From: Eledone cirrhosa
Taxonomy: Eukaryota
NCBI GenBank assembly: GCA_964016885.1
Contig: OZ024745.1
Location: forward strand, 806,001 to 870,000
Direction of reading: 5' to 3'
DNA length: 64,000 bases
The position numbers and the translations under genes are program-made. The notes under the pieces are model-generated. The model saw nothing but the letters and a program-made list of their open reading frames with translations. It ran no database searches and had not been told where the DNA came from. The number at the start of each line of letters is the position of its first letter. Position 1 is the stretch's first letter. Positions 30,051-45,129 of the stretch are shown here, piece by piece.

Positions 30051-32190
30051 AGATATATATGGTATTACAACATACAGGGATACAGTGTACCTATTCTAAA
30101 CTAGATATACACGATCTTACAACATACAGGGATACAGTGTACCTATTCTAAACTAGATATACATGGTATTATGACATACAGGGATACAGTGTACCTATTT
30201 TAAACTAGATATACATGGTCTTACAACATACAGAGATACAGTGTACCTATTCTAAACAAGATATATATGGTCTTACAACATACAGGGATACAGTGTACCT
30301 ATTTTAAACTAGATATACATGGCCTTATGAGATACAGGGATACAGTGTACCTATTCTAAACTAGATATACATGGTATTACAACATACAGGGATACAGTGT
30401 ACCTATTCTAAACTGGATATATATGGTCTTACATCATACAGGGATACAGTGTACCTATTGTAAACTAGATATATATGGTATTACAACACACAGGGATACA
30501 GTGTACCTATTCTAAACTAGATATACATGGTCTTACAACATACAGGGATACAGTGTACCTATTCTAAACTTGATATACATGGTATTACAACATACAGAGA
30601 TACAGTGTACCTATTCTAAACTAGATATACATGGTATTACAACATACAGGGATACAGTGTACCTATTCTAAACTTGATATACATGGTATTACAACATAGA
30701 GATACAGTGTACCTATTCTAAACTTGATATACATGGTATTACAACATATAGGGATACAGTGTACCTATTCTAAACTAGATATACATGGTATTATGACGTA
30801 CAGGGATACAGTGTACCTATTCTAAACTTGATATACATGGTCTTACAACATACAGGGATACAGTGTACCTATTCTAAACTAGATATACATGGTATTACAA
30901 CATACAGGGATACAGTGTACCTATTCTAAACTAGATATACATGGTATTACAACATACAGGGATACAGTGTACCTATTCTAAACTAGATATACATGGTATT
31001 ATGACATACAGGGATACAGTGTACCTATTCTAAATTTGATATACATGGTATTACAACATACAGAGATACAGTATACCTATTCTAAACTAGATATATATGG
31101 TCTTACAACATACAGGGATACAGTGTACCTATTCTAAACTAGATATATATGGTATTACAACATACAGAGATACAGTGTACCTATTCTAAGCTAGATCTAC
31201 ATGGTATTACAACATACAGGGATACAGTGTACCTATTCTAATCTAGATATATATGGTATTACAACATACAGGGATACAGTGTACCTATTCTAAACTAGAT
31301 ATATATGGTATTACAACATACAGGGATACAGTGTACCTATTCTAAACTAGATATATATGGTATTACAACATACAGGGATACAGTGTACCCATTCTAAACT
31401 AGGTATATATGGTATTACAACATACAAGGATACAGTGTACCTATTCTAAACTAGATATATATGGTCTTACAACATACAGAGATACAATGTACCTATTCTA
31501 AACTAGATATACATGGTATTACAACATACAGGGATACAGTGTAGCTATTCTAAACTAGATATACATGGTATTATGACATACAGGGATACAGTGTACATAT
31601 TCTAAACTAGATATACATGGTCTTATGACATACAGGGATACAGTGTACCTATTCTAAACTAGATATACATGGTCTTACAACATACAGGGATACAGTGTAC
31701 CTATTCTAAACTAGATATATATGGTATTACAACATACAGAGATACAGTGTACCTATTCTAAACTAGATATATATGGTCTTACAACATACAGAGATACAAT
31801 GTACCTATTCTAAACTAGATATACATGGTATTACAACATACAGGGATACAGTGTACCTATTCTAATCTAGATATATATGGTATTACAACATACAGGGATA
31901 CAGTATACCTATTCTAAACTAGATATATATGGTATTACAACATACAGGGATACAGTGTACCTATTCTAAACTAGATATATATGGTATTACAACATACAGG
32001 GATACAGTGTACCTATTCTAAACTAGATATATATGGTATTACAACATACAGGGATACAGTGTACCTATTCTAAACTAGATATACATGGTCTTACAACATA
32101 CAGGGATACAGTGTACCTATTCTAAACTAGATATACATGGTCTTACAACATACAGGGATACAGTGTACCTATTCTAAACTAGATATATAT

Positions 32191-32222
32191 GGTATTACAA
32201 CATACAGGGATACAGTGTACCT
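32191..32222. repeat. First 32-bp truncated monomer (20-bp deletion); 15 copies counted between 32.2 and 62.7 kb
   Basis: GGTATTAC at 32191 and again at 32223; ATTCTAAACTAGATATA(C/T)AT is missing. Junctions at 32223, 37168, 39384, 45126, 47966, 48414, 49018, 52118, 52566, 53170, 57101, 57705, 58153, 58757, 62688. Confidence 0.95.
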
Positions 32223-35200
32223 GGTATTACAACATACAGGGATACAGTGTACCTATTCTAAACTAGATATACATGGTATTACAACATACAGGGATACAGT
32301 GTACCTATTCTAAACTAGATATACATGGTATTACAACATACAGGGATACAGTGTACCTATTCTAAACTAGATATACATGGTAGTATGACATACAGGATTA
32401 CAGTGTACCTATTCTAAACTAGATATACATGGTATTACAACATACAGAGATACAGTGTACATATTCTAAACTAGATATACATGGTATTACAACATACAGG
32501 GATACAGTGTACCTATTCTAAACTAGATATACATGGTATTATGACATACAGGGATACAGTGTACCTATTCTAAACTAGATATACATGGTCTTATGACATA
32601 CAGGGATACAGTGTACCTATTCTAAACTAGATATACATGGTATTACAACATACAGGGATACAGTGTACCTATTCTAAACTAGATATACATGGTATTACAA
32701 CATACAGGGATACAGTGTACCTATTCTAAACTAGATATACATGGTATTACAACATACAGGGATACAGTGTAGCTATTCTAAACTAGATATACATGGTATT
32801 ATGACATACAGGGATACAGTGTACATATTCTAAACTAGATATACATGGTATTACAACATACAGGGATACAGTGTACCTATTCTAAACTAGATATATATGG
32901 TATTACAACATACAGAGATACAGTGTACCTATTCTAAACTAGATATATATGGTCTTATGACATACAGGGATACAGTGTACCTATTCTAAACTAGATATAT
33001 ATGGTCTTACAACATACAGGGATGCAGTGTACCTATTCTAAACTAGATATATATGGTATTACATCATACAGGGATACAGTGTACCTATTCTAAACTAGAT
33101 ATATATGGTATTACAACATACAGGGATACAGTGTACCTATTCTAAGCTAGATATATATGGTATTACAATATACAGGGATACAGTGTACCTATTCTAAACT
33201 AGATATATATGGTATTACAACATACAGGGATACAGTGTACCTATTCTAAACTAGATATACATGGTATTACAACATACAGGGATACAGTGTACCTATTCTA
33301 AACTAGATATATATGGTATTACAACATACAGAGATACAGTGTACCTATAATAAAATAGATATACATGGTATTATGACATACAGGGATACAGTGTACCTAT
33401 TCTAAATTTGATATACATGGTATTACAACATACAGAGATACAGTGTACATATTCTAAACTAGATATACATGGTATTACAACATACAGGGATACAGTGTAC
33501 CTATTCTAAACTAGATATATATGGTATTACAACATACATGGATACAGTGTACCTATTCTAAACTAGATATATATGGTCTTACATCATACAGGGATACAGT
33601 GTACCTATTGTAAACTATATATATATGGTATTACAACATACAGGGATACAGTGTACCTATTCTAAACTAGATATACATGCTATTACAACATACAGGGATA
33701 CAGTGTACCTATTCTAAACTAGATATATATGGTCTTACATCATCCAGGGATACAGTGTACCTATTGTAAACTAGATATATATGGTATTACAACATACAGG
33801 GATACAGTGTACCTATTCTAAACTAGATATACATGGTATTAACACATACAGAGATACAGTGTACCTATTCTAAACTAGATATACATGGTATTACATCATA
33901 CAGGGATACAGTGTACCTATTCTAAAGTAGATATATATGGTATTACAACATACAGTGTACCTATTCTAAACTAGATATATATGGTATTACAACATACAGT
34001 GTACCTATTCTAAACTAGATATATATGGTATTACAACATACAGGGATACAGTGTACCTATTCTAAACTAGATATACATGGTATTACAACATACAGGGATA
34101 CAGTGTACCTATTCTAAACTAGGTATATATGGTATTACAAAATACAGGGATACAGTGTACCTATTCTAAACTAGGTATACATGGTATTAACACATACAGA
34201 GATACAGTGTACCTATTCTAAACTAGATATATATGGTATTACAACATACAGGGATACAGTGTACCTATTCTAAACTAGATATATATGGTATTACAACATA
34301 CAGGGATACAGTGAACCTATTCTAAACTAGGTATATATGGTATTACAACATACAGGGATACAGTGTACCTATTCTAAACTAGATATATATGGTATTACAA
34401 CATACAGGGATACAGTGTACGTATTCTAAACTAGGTATATATGGTATTACAACATACAGGGATACAGTGTACCTATTCTAAACTAGATATACATGGTATT
34501 ACAACATATAGGGATACAGTGTACCTATTTTAAACTAGATATACATGGTAGTATGACATACAGGGTTACAGTGTACCTATTCTAAACTAGATATACATGG
34601 TATTACAACGTATAGGGATACAGTGTACCTATTTTAAACTAGATATACATGGTAGTATGACATACAGGGATAGTGTACCTATTTTAAACTAGATATACAT
34701 GGTATTAACACATACAGAGATACAGTGTACCTATTCTAAACTTGATATATATGGTATTACAACATACATGGATACAGTGTACCTATTCTAAACTTGATAT
34801 ACATGGTATTACAACATACCGGGATACAGTGTACCTATTCTAAACTAGATATATATGGTCTTATGACATACAGGGATACAGTGTACCTATTCTAAGCAAG
34901 ATATACATGGTATTACAACATACAGGGATACAGTGTACCTATTCTAATCTAGATATATATGGTATTACAACATACAGGGATACAGTGTACCTATTCTAAA
35001 CTAGATATATATGGTATTACAACATACAGGGATACAGTGTACCTATTCTAAACTAGATATATATGGTATTACAACACACAGGGATACAGTGTACCTATTC
35101 TAAACTAGGTATATATGGTATTACAACATACAGGGATACAGTGTAACTATTCTAAACTAGATATACATGGTATTATGACATACAGGGATACAGTGTACCT

Positions 35201-37049
35201 ATTGTAAACTAGATATCCATGGTCTTATGACATACAGTGTACCTATTTTAAACTAGATATACATGGTATTACAACATACAGAGATACAGTGTACCTATTC
35301 TAAACTAGATATATATGGTATTACAACATACATGCATACAGTGTACCTATTCTCAACTTGATATACATGGTATTACAACATACAGTGATACAGTGTACCT
35401 ATTCTAAACTAGATATACATGGTATTATGACATACAGGGATACAGTGTACCTATTCTAAATTTGATATACATGGTATTACAACATACAGAGATACAGTGT
35501 ACCTATTCTAAACTAGATATATATGGTATTACAACATACAGGGATACAGTGTACCTATTCTAAACTAGATATATATGGTATTACAACATACAGGGATACA
35601 GTGTACCCATTCTAAACTAGGTATATATGGTATTACAACATACAGGGATACAGTGTACCTATTCTAAACTAGATATACATGGTATTACAACATACAGGGA
35701 TACAGTGTACCTATTTTAAACTAGATATACATGGAAGTATGACATACAGGGTTACAGTGTACCTATTCTAAACTAGATATACATGGTATTACAACATACA
35801 GGGATACAGTGTACCTATTCTAAACTAGATATACATGGTATTATGACATACAGGGATACAGTGTACCTATTCTGAACTAGATATACATGGTATTATGACA
35901 TACAGGGATACAGTGTACCTATTCTAAACTAGATATACATGGTCTTATGACATACAGGGATACAGTGTACCTATTCTAAACTAGATATACATGGTCTTAC
36001 AACATACAGGGATACAGTGTACCTAGTCTAAACTAGATATATATGGTATTACAACATACAGAGATACAGTGTACCTATTCTAAACTAGATATATATGGTC
36101 TTACAACATACAGAGATACAATGTACCTATTCTAAACTAGATATACATGGTATTACAACATACAGGGATACAGTGTACCTATTCTAATCTAGATATATAT
36201 GGTATTACAACATACAGGGATACAGTATACCTATTCTAAACTAGATATATATGGTATTACAACATACAGGGATACAGTGTACCTATTCTAAACTAGATAT
36301 ATATGGTATTACAACATACAGGGATACAGTGTGCTATTCTAAACTAGGTATATATGGTATTACAACATACAGGGATACAGTGTACCTATTCTAAACTAGA
36401 TATACATGGTATTACAACATACAGGGATACAGTGTACCTATTCTAAACTAGATATACATGGTATTATGACATACAGGGATACAGTGTACCTATTCTAAAC
36501 TAGATATATATGGTATTACAACATACAGGGATACAGTGTACCTATTCTAAACTAGATATACATGGTATTACAACATACAGGGATACAGTGTACCTATTCT
36601 AAACTAGATATACATGGTATTACAACATACAGGGATACAGTGTACCTATTCTAAACTAGATATACATGGTCTTACAACATACAGGGATACAGTGTACCTA
36701 TTCTAAACTAGATATACATGGTATTACAACATACAGGGATACAGTGTACCCATTCTAAACTAGATATACATGGTCTTACAACATACAGGGATACAGTGTA
36801 CCTATTCTAAACTAGATATACATGGTATTACAACATACAGGGATACAGTGTACCTATTCTAAACTAGATATATATGGTATTACAACATACAGGGATACAG
36901 TGTACCTATTCTAAACTAGATATACATGGTATTACAACATACAGGGATACAGTGTACCTATTCTAAACTAGATATACATGGTATTATGACATACAGGGAT
37001 ACAGTGTACCTATTCTAAACTAGATATACATGGTCTTACAACATACAGG

Positions 37050-40000
37050 GATACAGTGTACCTATTCTAAACTAGATATACATGGTCTTACAACATACAG
37101 GGATACAGTGTACCTATTCTAAACTAGATATATATGGTATTACAACATACAGGGATACAGTGTACCTGGTATTACAACATACAGGGATACAGTGTACCTA
37201 TTCTAAACTAGATATACATGGTATTACAACATACAGGGATACAGTGTACCTATTCTAAACTAGATATACATGGTATTACAACATACAGGGATACAGTGTA
37301 CCTATTCTAAACTAGATATACATGGTAGTATGACATACAGGATTACAGTGTACCTATTCTAAACTAGATATACATGGTATTACAACATACAGAGATACAG
37401 TGTACATATTCTAAACTAGATATACATGGTATTACAACATACAGGGATACAGTGTACCTATTCTAAACTAGATATACATGGTATTATGACATACAGGGAT
37501 ACAGTGTACCTATTCTAAACTAGATATACATGGTCTTATGACATACAGGGATACAGTGTACCTATTCTAAACTAGATATACATGGTATTACAACATACAG
37601 GGATACAGTGTACCTATTCTAAACTAGATATACATGGTATTACAACATACAGGGATACAGTGTACCTATTCTAAACTAGATATACATGGTATTACAACAT
37701 ACAGGGATACAGTGTAGCTATTCTAAACTAGATATACATGGTATTATGACATACAGGGATACAGTGTACATATTCTAAACTAGATATACATGGTATTACA
37801 ACATACAGGGATACAGTGTACCTATTCTAAACTAGATATATATGGTATTACAACATACAGAGATACAGTGTACCTATTCTAAACTAGATATATATGGTCT
37901 TATGATATACAGGGATACAGTGTACCTATTCTAAACTAGATATATATGGTCTTACAACATACAGGGATGCAGTGTACCTATTCTAAACTAGATATATATG
38001 GTATTACATCATACAGGGATACAGTGTACCTATTCTAAACTAGATATATATGGTATTACAACATACAGGGATACAGTGTACCTATTCTAAGCTAGATATA
38101 TATGGTATTACAATATACAGGGATACAGTGTACCTATTCTAAACTAGATATATATGGTATTACAACATACAGGGATACAGTGTATCTATTCTAAACTAGA
38201 TATATATGGTATTACAACATACAGGGATACAGTGTACCTATTCTAAACTAGATATATATGGTATTACAACATACAGGGATACAGTGTACCTATTCTAAAC
38301 TAGATATATATGGTATTACAACATACAGGGATACAGTGTACCTATTCTAAGCTAGATATACATGGTATTACAACATACAGGGATACAGTGTACCTATTCT
38401 AATCTAGATATATATGGTATTACAACATACAGGGATACAGTGTACCTATTCTAAACTAGATATATATAGTATTACAACATACAGGGATACAGTGTACCTA
38501 TTCTAAACTAGATATATATGGTATTACAACATACAGGTATACATTGTACCTATTCTAAACTAGGTATATATGGTATTACAACATACAGGGATACAGTGTA
38601 ACTATTCTAAACTAGATATACATGGTGTTACAACATACAGGGATACAGTGTACCTATTTTAAACTAGATATACATGGTAGTATGACATACAGGGATACAG
38701 TGTACCTATTCTAAACTAGATATACATGGTCTTATGACATACAGGGATACAGTGTACCTATTCTAAACTAGATATACATGGTCTTACAACATACAGGGAT
38801 ACAGTGTACCTATTCTAAACTAAATATATATGGTATTATGACATACAGGGATACAGTGTACCTATTCTAAACTAGATATACATGGTATTACAACATACAG
38901 GGATACAGTGTACCTATTCTAAACTAGATATATATGGTATTACAACATACAGAGATACAGTGTACCTATAATAAAATAGATATACATGGTATTATGACAT
39001 ACAGGGATACAGTGTACCTATTCTAAATTTGATATACATGGTATTACAACATACAGAGATACAGTGTACATATTCTAAACTAGATATACATGGTATTACA
39101 ACATACAGGGATACAGTGTACCTATTCTAAACTAGATATATATGGTATTACAACATACAGGGATACAGTGTACCTATTCTAAACTAGATATATATGGTCT
39201 TACATCATACAGGGATACAGTGTACCTATTGTAAACTATATATATATGGTATTACAACATACAGGGATACAGTGTACCTATTCTAAACTAGATATACATG
39301 GTCTTACAACATACAGGGATACAGTGTACCTATTCTAAACTAGATATATATGGTATTACAACATACAGGGATACAGTGTACCTGGTATTACAACATACAG
39401 GGATACAGTGTACCTATTCTAAACTAGATATACATGGTATTACAACATACAGGGATACAGTGTACCTATTCTAAACTAGATATACATGGTATTACAACAT
39501 ACAGGGATACAGTGTACCTATTCTAAACTAGATATACATGGTAGTATGACATACAGGATTACAGTGTACCTATTCTAAACTAGATATACATGGTATTACA
39601 ACATACAGAGATACAGTGTACATATTCTAAACTAGATATACATGGTATTACAACATACAGGGATACAGTGTACCTATTCTAAACTAGATATACATGGTAT
39701 TATGACATACAGGGATACAGTGTACCTATTCTAAACTAGATATACATGGTCTTATGACATACAGGGATACAGTGTACCTATTCTAAACTAGATATACATG
39801 GTATTACAACATACAGGGATACAGTGTACCTATACTAAACTAGATATACATGGTATTACAGCATACAGGGATACAGTGTACCTATTCTAAACTAGATATA
39901 CATGGTATTACAAAATACAGGGATACAGTGTAGCTATTCTAAACTAGATATACATGGTATTATGACATACAGGGATACAGTGTACCTATTCTAAACTAGA

Positions 40001-41600
40001 TATACATGGTATTACAACATACAGGGATACAGTGTACCTATTCTAAACTAGATATATATGGTATTACAACATACAGAGATACAGTGTACCTATTCTAAAC
40101 TAGATATATATGGTCTTATGACATACAGGGATACAGTGTACCTATTCTAAACTAGATATATATGGTCTTACAACATACAGGGATGCAGTGTACCTATTCT
40201 AAACTAGATATATATGTTATTACATCATACAGGGATACAGTGTACCTATTCTAAACTAGATATATATGGTATTACAACATACAGGGATACAGTGTACCTA
40301 TTCTAAGCTAGATATATATGGTATTACAACATACAGGGATACAGTGTACCTATTCTAAACTAGATATATATGGTATTACAACATACAGGGATACAGTGTA
40401 TCTATTCTAAACTAGATATATATGGTATTACAACATACAGGGATACAGTGTACCTATTCTAAACTAGATATATATGGTATTACAACATACAGGGATACAG
40501 TGTACCTATTCTAAACTAGATATATATGGTATTACAACATACAGGGATACAGTGTACCTATTCTAAGCTAGATATACATGGTATTACAACATACAGGGAT
40601 ACAGTGTACCTATTCTAATCTAGATATATATGGTATTACAACATACAGGGATACAGTGTACCTATTCTAAACTAGATATATATAGTATTACAACATACAG
40701 GGATACAGTGTACCTATTCTAAACTAGATATATATGGTATTACAACATACAGGTATACATTGTACCTATTCTAAACTAGGTATATATGGTATTACAACAT
40801 ACAGGGATACAGTGTAACTATTCTAAACTAGATATACATGGTATTACAACATACAGGGATACAGTGTACCTATTTTAAACTAGATATACATGGTAGTATG
40901 ACATACAGGGATACAGCGTACCTATTCTAAACTAGATATACATGGTCTTACAACATACAGGGATACAGTGTACCTATTCTAAACTAGATATACATGGTAT
41001 TATGACATACAGGGATACAGTGTACCTATTCTAAACTAGATATACATGGTCTTATGACATACAGGGATACAGTGTACCTATTCTAAACTAGATATACATG
41101 GTCTTACAACATACAGGGATACAGTGTACCTATTCTAAACTAAATATATATGGTATTATGACATACAGGGATACAGTGTACCTATTCTAAACTAGATATA
41201 CATGGTATTACAACATACAGGGATACAGTGTACCTATTCTAAACTAGATATATATGGTATTACAACATACAGAGATACAGTGCACCTATAATAAAATAGA
41301 TATACATGGTATTATGACACACAAGGATACAGTGTACCTATTCTAAATTTGATATACATGGTATTACAACATACAGAGATACAGTGTACATATTCTAAAC
41401 TAGATATACATGGTATTACAACATACAGGGATACAGTGTACCTATTCTAAACTAGATATATATGGTATTACAACATACAGGGATACAGTGTACCTATTCT
41501 AAACTAGATATATATGGTCTTACATCATACAGGGATACAGTGTACCTATTGTAAACTATATATATATATGGTATTACAACATACAGGGATACAGTGTACC
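37050..41600. repeat. About 2.2-kb (43-monomer) tandem higher-order duplication
   Basis: Offset 2216 (43x52-20): deletion junction 37168/39384 and GATGC 37966/40182. AGGTATACATTG, GTAACTATT and ACTAAATA occur in the same order in both copies; the second copy has about 2 extra monomers near 40.9 kb. Confidence 0.88.
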
Positions 41601-44600
41601 TATTCTAAACTAGATATACATGGTATTACAACATACAGGGATACAGTGTACCTATTCTAAACTAGATATATATGGTCTTACATCATCCAGGGATACAGTG
41701 TACCTATTGTAAACTAGATATATATGGTATTACAACATACAGGGATACAGTGTACCTATTCTAAACTAGATATACATGGTATTAACACATACAGAGATAC
41801 AGTGTACCTATTCTAAACTAGATATACATGGTATTACATCATACAGGGATACAGTGTACCTATTGTAAACTAGATATACATGGTATTACATCATACAGGG
41901 ATACAGTGTACCTATTGTAAACTAGATATACATGGTATTACAACATACAGGGATACAGTGTACCTATTCTAAACTAGATATATATGGTCTTACAACATAC
42001 AGGGATACAGTGTACCTATTCTAAACTAGATATACATGGTATTACATCATACAGGGATACAGTGTACCTATTCTAAACTAGATATATATGGTATTACAAC
42101 ATACAGGGATACAGTGTACCTATTCTAAACTAGATATACATGGTATTACAACATACAGAGATACAGTGTACCTATTCTAAACTAGGTATATATGGTATTA
42201 CAAAATACAGGGATACAGTGTACCTATTCTAAACTAGGTATACATGGTATTAACACAGAGATACAGTGTACCTATTCTAAACTAGATATATATGGTATTA
42301 CAACATACAGGGATACAGTGTACCTATTCTAAACTAGATATACATGGTATTACAACATACAGGGATACAGTGTACCTCTTCTAAACTAGATATACATGGT
42401 ATTACAACATACAGGGATACAGTGTACCTATTCTAAACTAGATATACATGGTATTACAACATACAGGGATACAGTGTACCTATTCTAAACTAGATATACA
42501 TGGTATTACAACATACAGGGATACAGTGTACCTATTCTAAACTAGATATATATGGTATTACAACATACAGGGATACAGTGTACCTATTCTAAACTAGGTA
42601 TATATGGTATTACAACATACAGGGATACAGTGTAACTATTCTAAACTAGATATACATGGTATTATGACATACAGGGATACAGTGTACCTATTGTAAACTA
42701 GATATCCATGGTCTTATGACATACAGTGTACCTATTTTAAACTAGATATACATGGTATTACAACATACAGAGATACAGTGTACCTATTCTAAACTAGATA
42801 TATATGGTATTACAACATACATGCATACAGTGTACCTATTCTCAACTTGATATACATGGTATTACAACATACAGGGATACAGTGTACCTATTCTAAACTA
42901 GATATACATGGTATTATGACATACAGGGATACAGTGTACCTATTCTAAATTTGATATACATGGTATTACAACATACAGAGATACAGTGTACCTATTCTAA
43001 ACTAGATATATATGGTCTTACAACATACAGGGATACAGTGTACCTATTCTAAACTAGATATACATGGTATTACAACATACAGGGATACAGTGTACCTATT
43101 CTAAACTAGATATATATGGTATTACAACATACAGAGATACAGTGTACCTATTCTAAGCTAGATCTACATGGTATTACAACATACAGGGATACAGTGTACC
43201 TATTCTAATCTACATATATATGGTATTACAACATACAGGGATACAGTGTACCTATTCTAAACTAGATATATATGGTATTACAACATACAGGGATACAGTG
43301 TACCTATTCTAAACTAGATATATATGGTATTACAACATACAGGGATACAGTGTACCCATTCTAAACTAGGTATATATGGTATTACAACATACAGGGATAC
43401 AGTGTACCTATTCTAAACTAGATATACATGGTATTACAACATACAGGGATACAGTGTACCTATTTTAAAATAGATATACATGGAAGTATGACATACAGGG
43501 TTACAGTGTACCTATTCTAAACTAGATATACATGGTATTACAACATACAGGGATACAGTGTACCTATTCTAAACTAGATATACATGGTATTATAACATAC
43601 AGGGATACAGTGTACCTATTCTGAACTAGATATACATGGTATTATGACATACAGGGATACAGTGTACCTATTCTAAACTAGATATACATGGTCTTATGAC
43701 ATACAGGGATACAGTGTACCTATTCTAAACTAGATATACATGGTCTTACAACATACAGGGATACAGTGTACCTATTCTAAACTAGATATATATGGTATTA
43801 CAACATACAGAGATACAGTGTACCTATTCTAAACTAGATATATATGGTCTTACAACATACAGAGATACAATGTACCTATTCTAAACTAGATATACATGGT
43901 ATTACAACATACAGGGATACAGTGTACCTATTCTAATCTAGATATATATGGTATTACAACATACAGGGATACAGTATACCTATTCTAAACTAGATATATA
44001 TGGTATTACAACATACAGGGATACAGTGTACCTATTCTAAACTAGATATATATGGTATTACAACATACAGGGATACAGTGTGCCTATTCTAAACTAGGTA
44101 TATATGGTATTACAACATACAGGGATACAGTGTACCTATTCTAAACTAGATATACATGGTATTACAACATACAGGGATACAGTGTACCTATTCTAAACTA
44201 GATATACATGGTATTATGACATACAGGGATACAGTGTACCTATTCTAAACTAGATATATATGGTATTACAACATACAGGGATACAGTGTACCTATTCTAA
44301 ACTAGATATACATGGTATTACAACATACAGGGATACAGTGTACCTATTCTAAACTAGATATACATGGTCTTACAACATACAGGGATACAGTGTACCTATT
44401 CTAAACTAGATATACATGGTATTACAACATACAGGGATACAGTGTACCTATTCTAAACTAGATATACATGGTCTTACAACATACAGGGATACAGTGTACC
44501 TATTCTAAACTAGATATACATGGTATTACAACATACAGGGATACAGTGTACCTATTCTAAACTAGATATACATGGTATTACAACATACAGGGATACAGTG

Positions 44601-45129
44601 TACCTATTCTAAACTAGATATACATGGTATTACAACATACAGGGATACAGTGTACCTATTCTAAACTAGATATATATGGTATTACAACATACAGGGATAC
44701 AGTGTACCTATTCTAAACTAGATATACATGGTATTACAACATACAGGGATACAGTGTACCTATTCTAAACTAGATATACATGGTCTTACAACATACAGGG
44801 ATACAGTGTACCTATTCTAAACTAGATATACATGGTATTACAACATACAGGGATACAGTGTACCTATTCTAAACTAGATATACATGGTCTTACAACATAC
44901 AGGGATACAGTGTACCTATTCTAAACTAGATATACATGGTATTACAACATACAGGGATACAGTGTACCTATTCTAAACTAGATATATATGGTATTACAAC
45001 ATACAGGGATACAGTGTACCTATTCTAAACTAGATATACATGGTATTACAACATACAGGGATACAGTGTGCCTATTCTAAACTAGATATATATGGTATTA
45101 CAACAGACAGGGATACAGTGTACCTGGTA

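Larger units (their letters stand above)
1..30200. repeat. Left satellite sub-domain (variant set A)
   Basis: Recurrent variants seen essentially only here: ATACACGG, GATACACATGG, CATACTGGG, AAACGAGA, GTGTTCC, CCTTTTCT, GTAGTACGACATACGGGGTT, 2-bp deletion CAGTACC, 1-bp deletion GGTTTAT, and frequent GGGATAGTG. Boundary approximate. Confidence 0.8.

Noticed and set aside
44300-44950. 104-bp dimeric HOR from alternating GGTATT/GGTCTT monomers
   Set aside because: The alternation lasts only 2-3 cycles at a common biallelic site, too short to distinguish from chance or local duplication.
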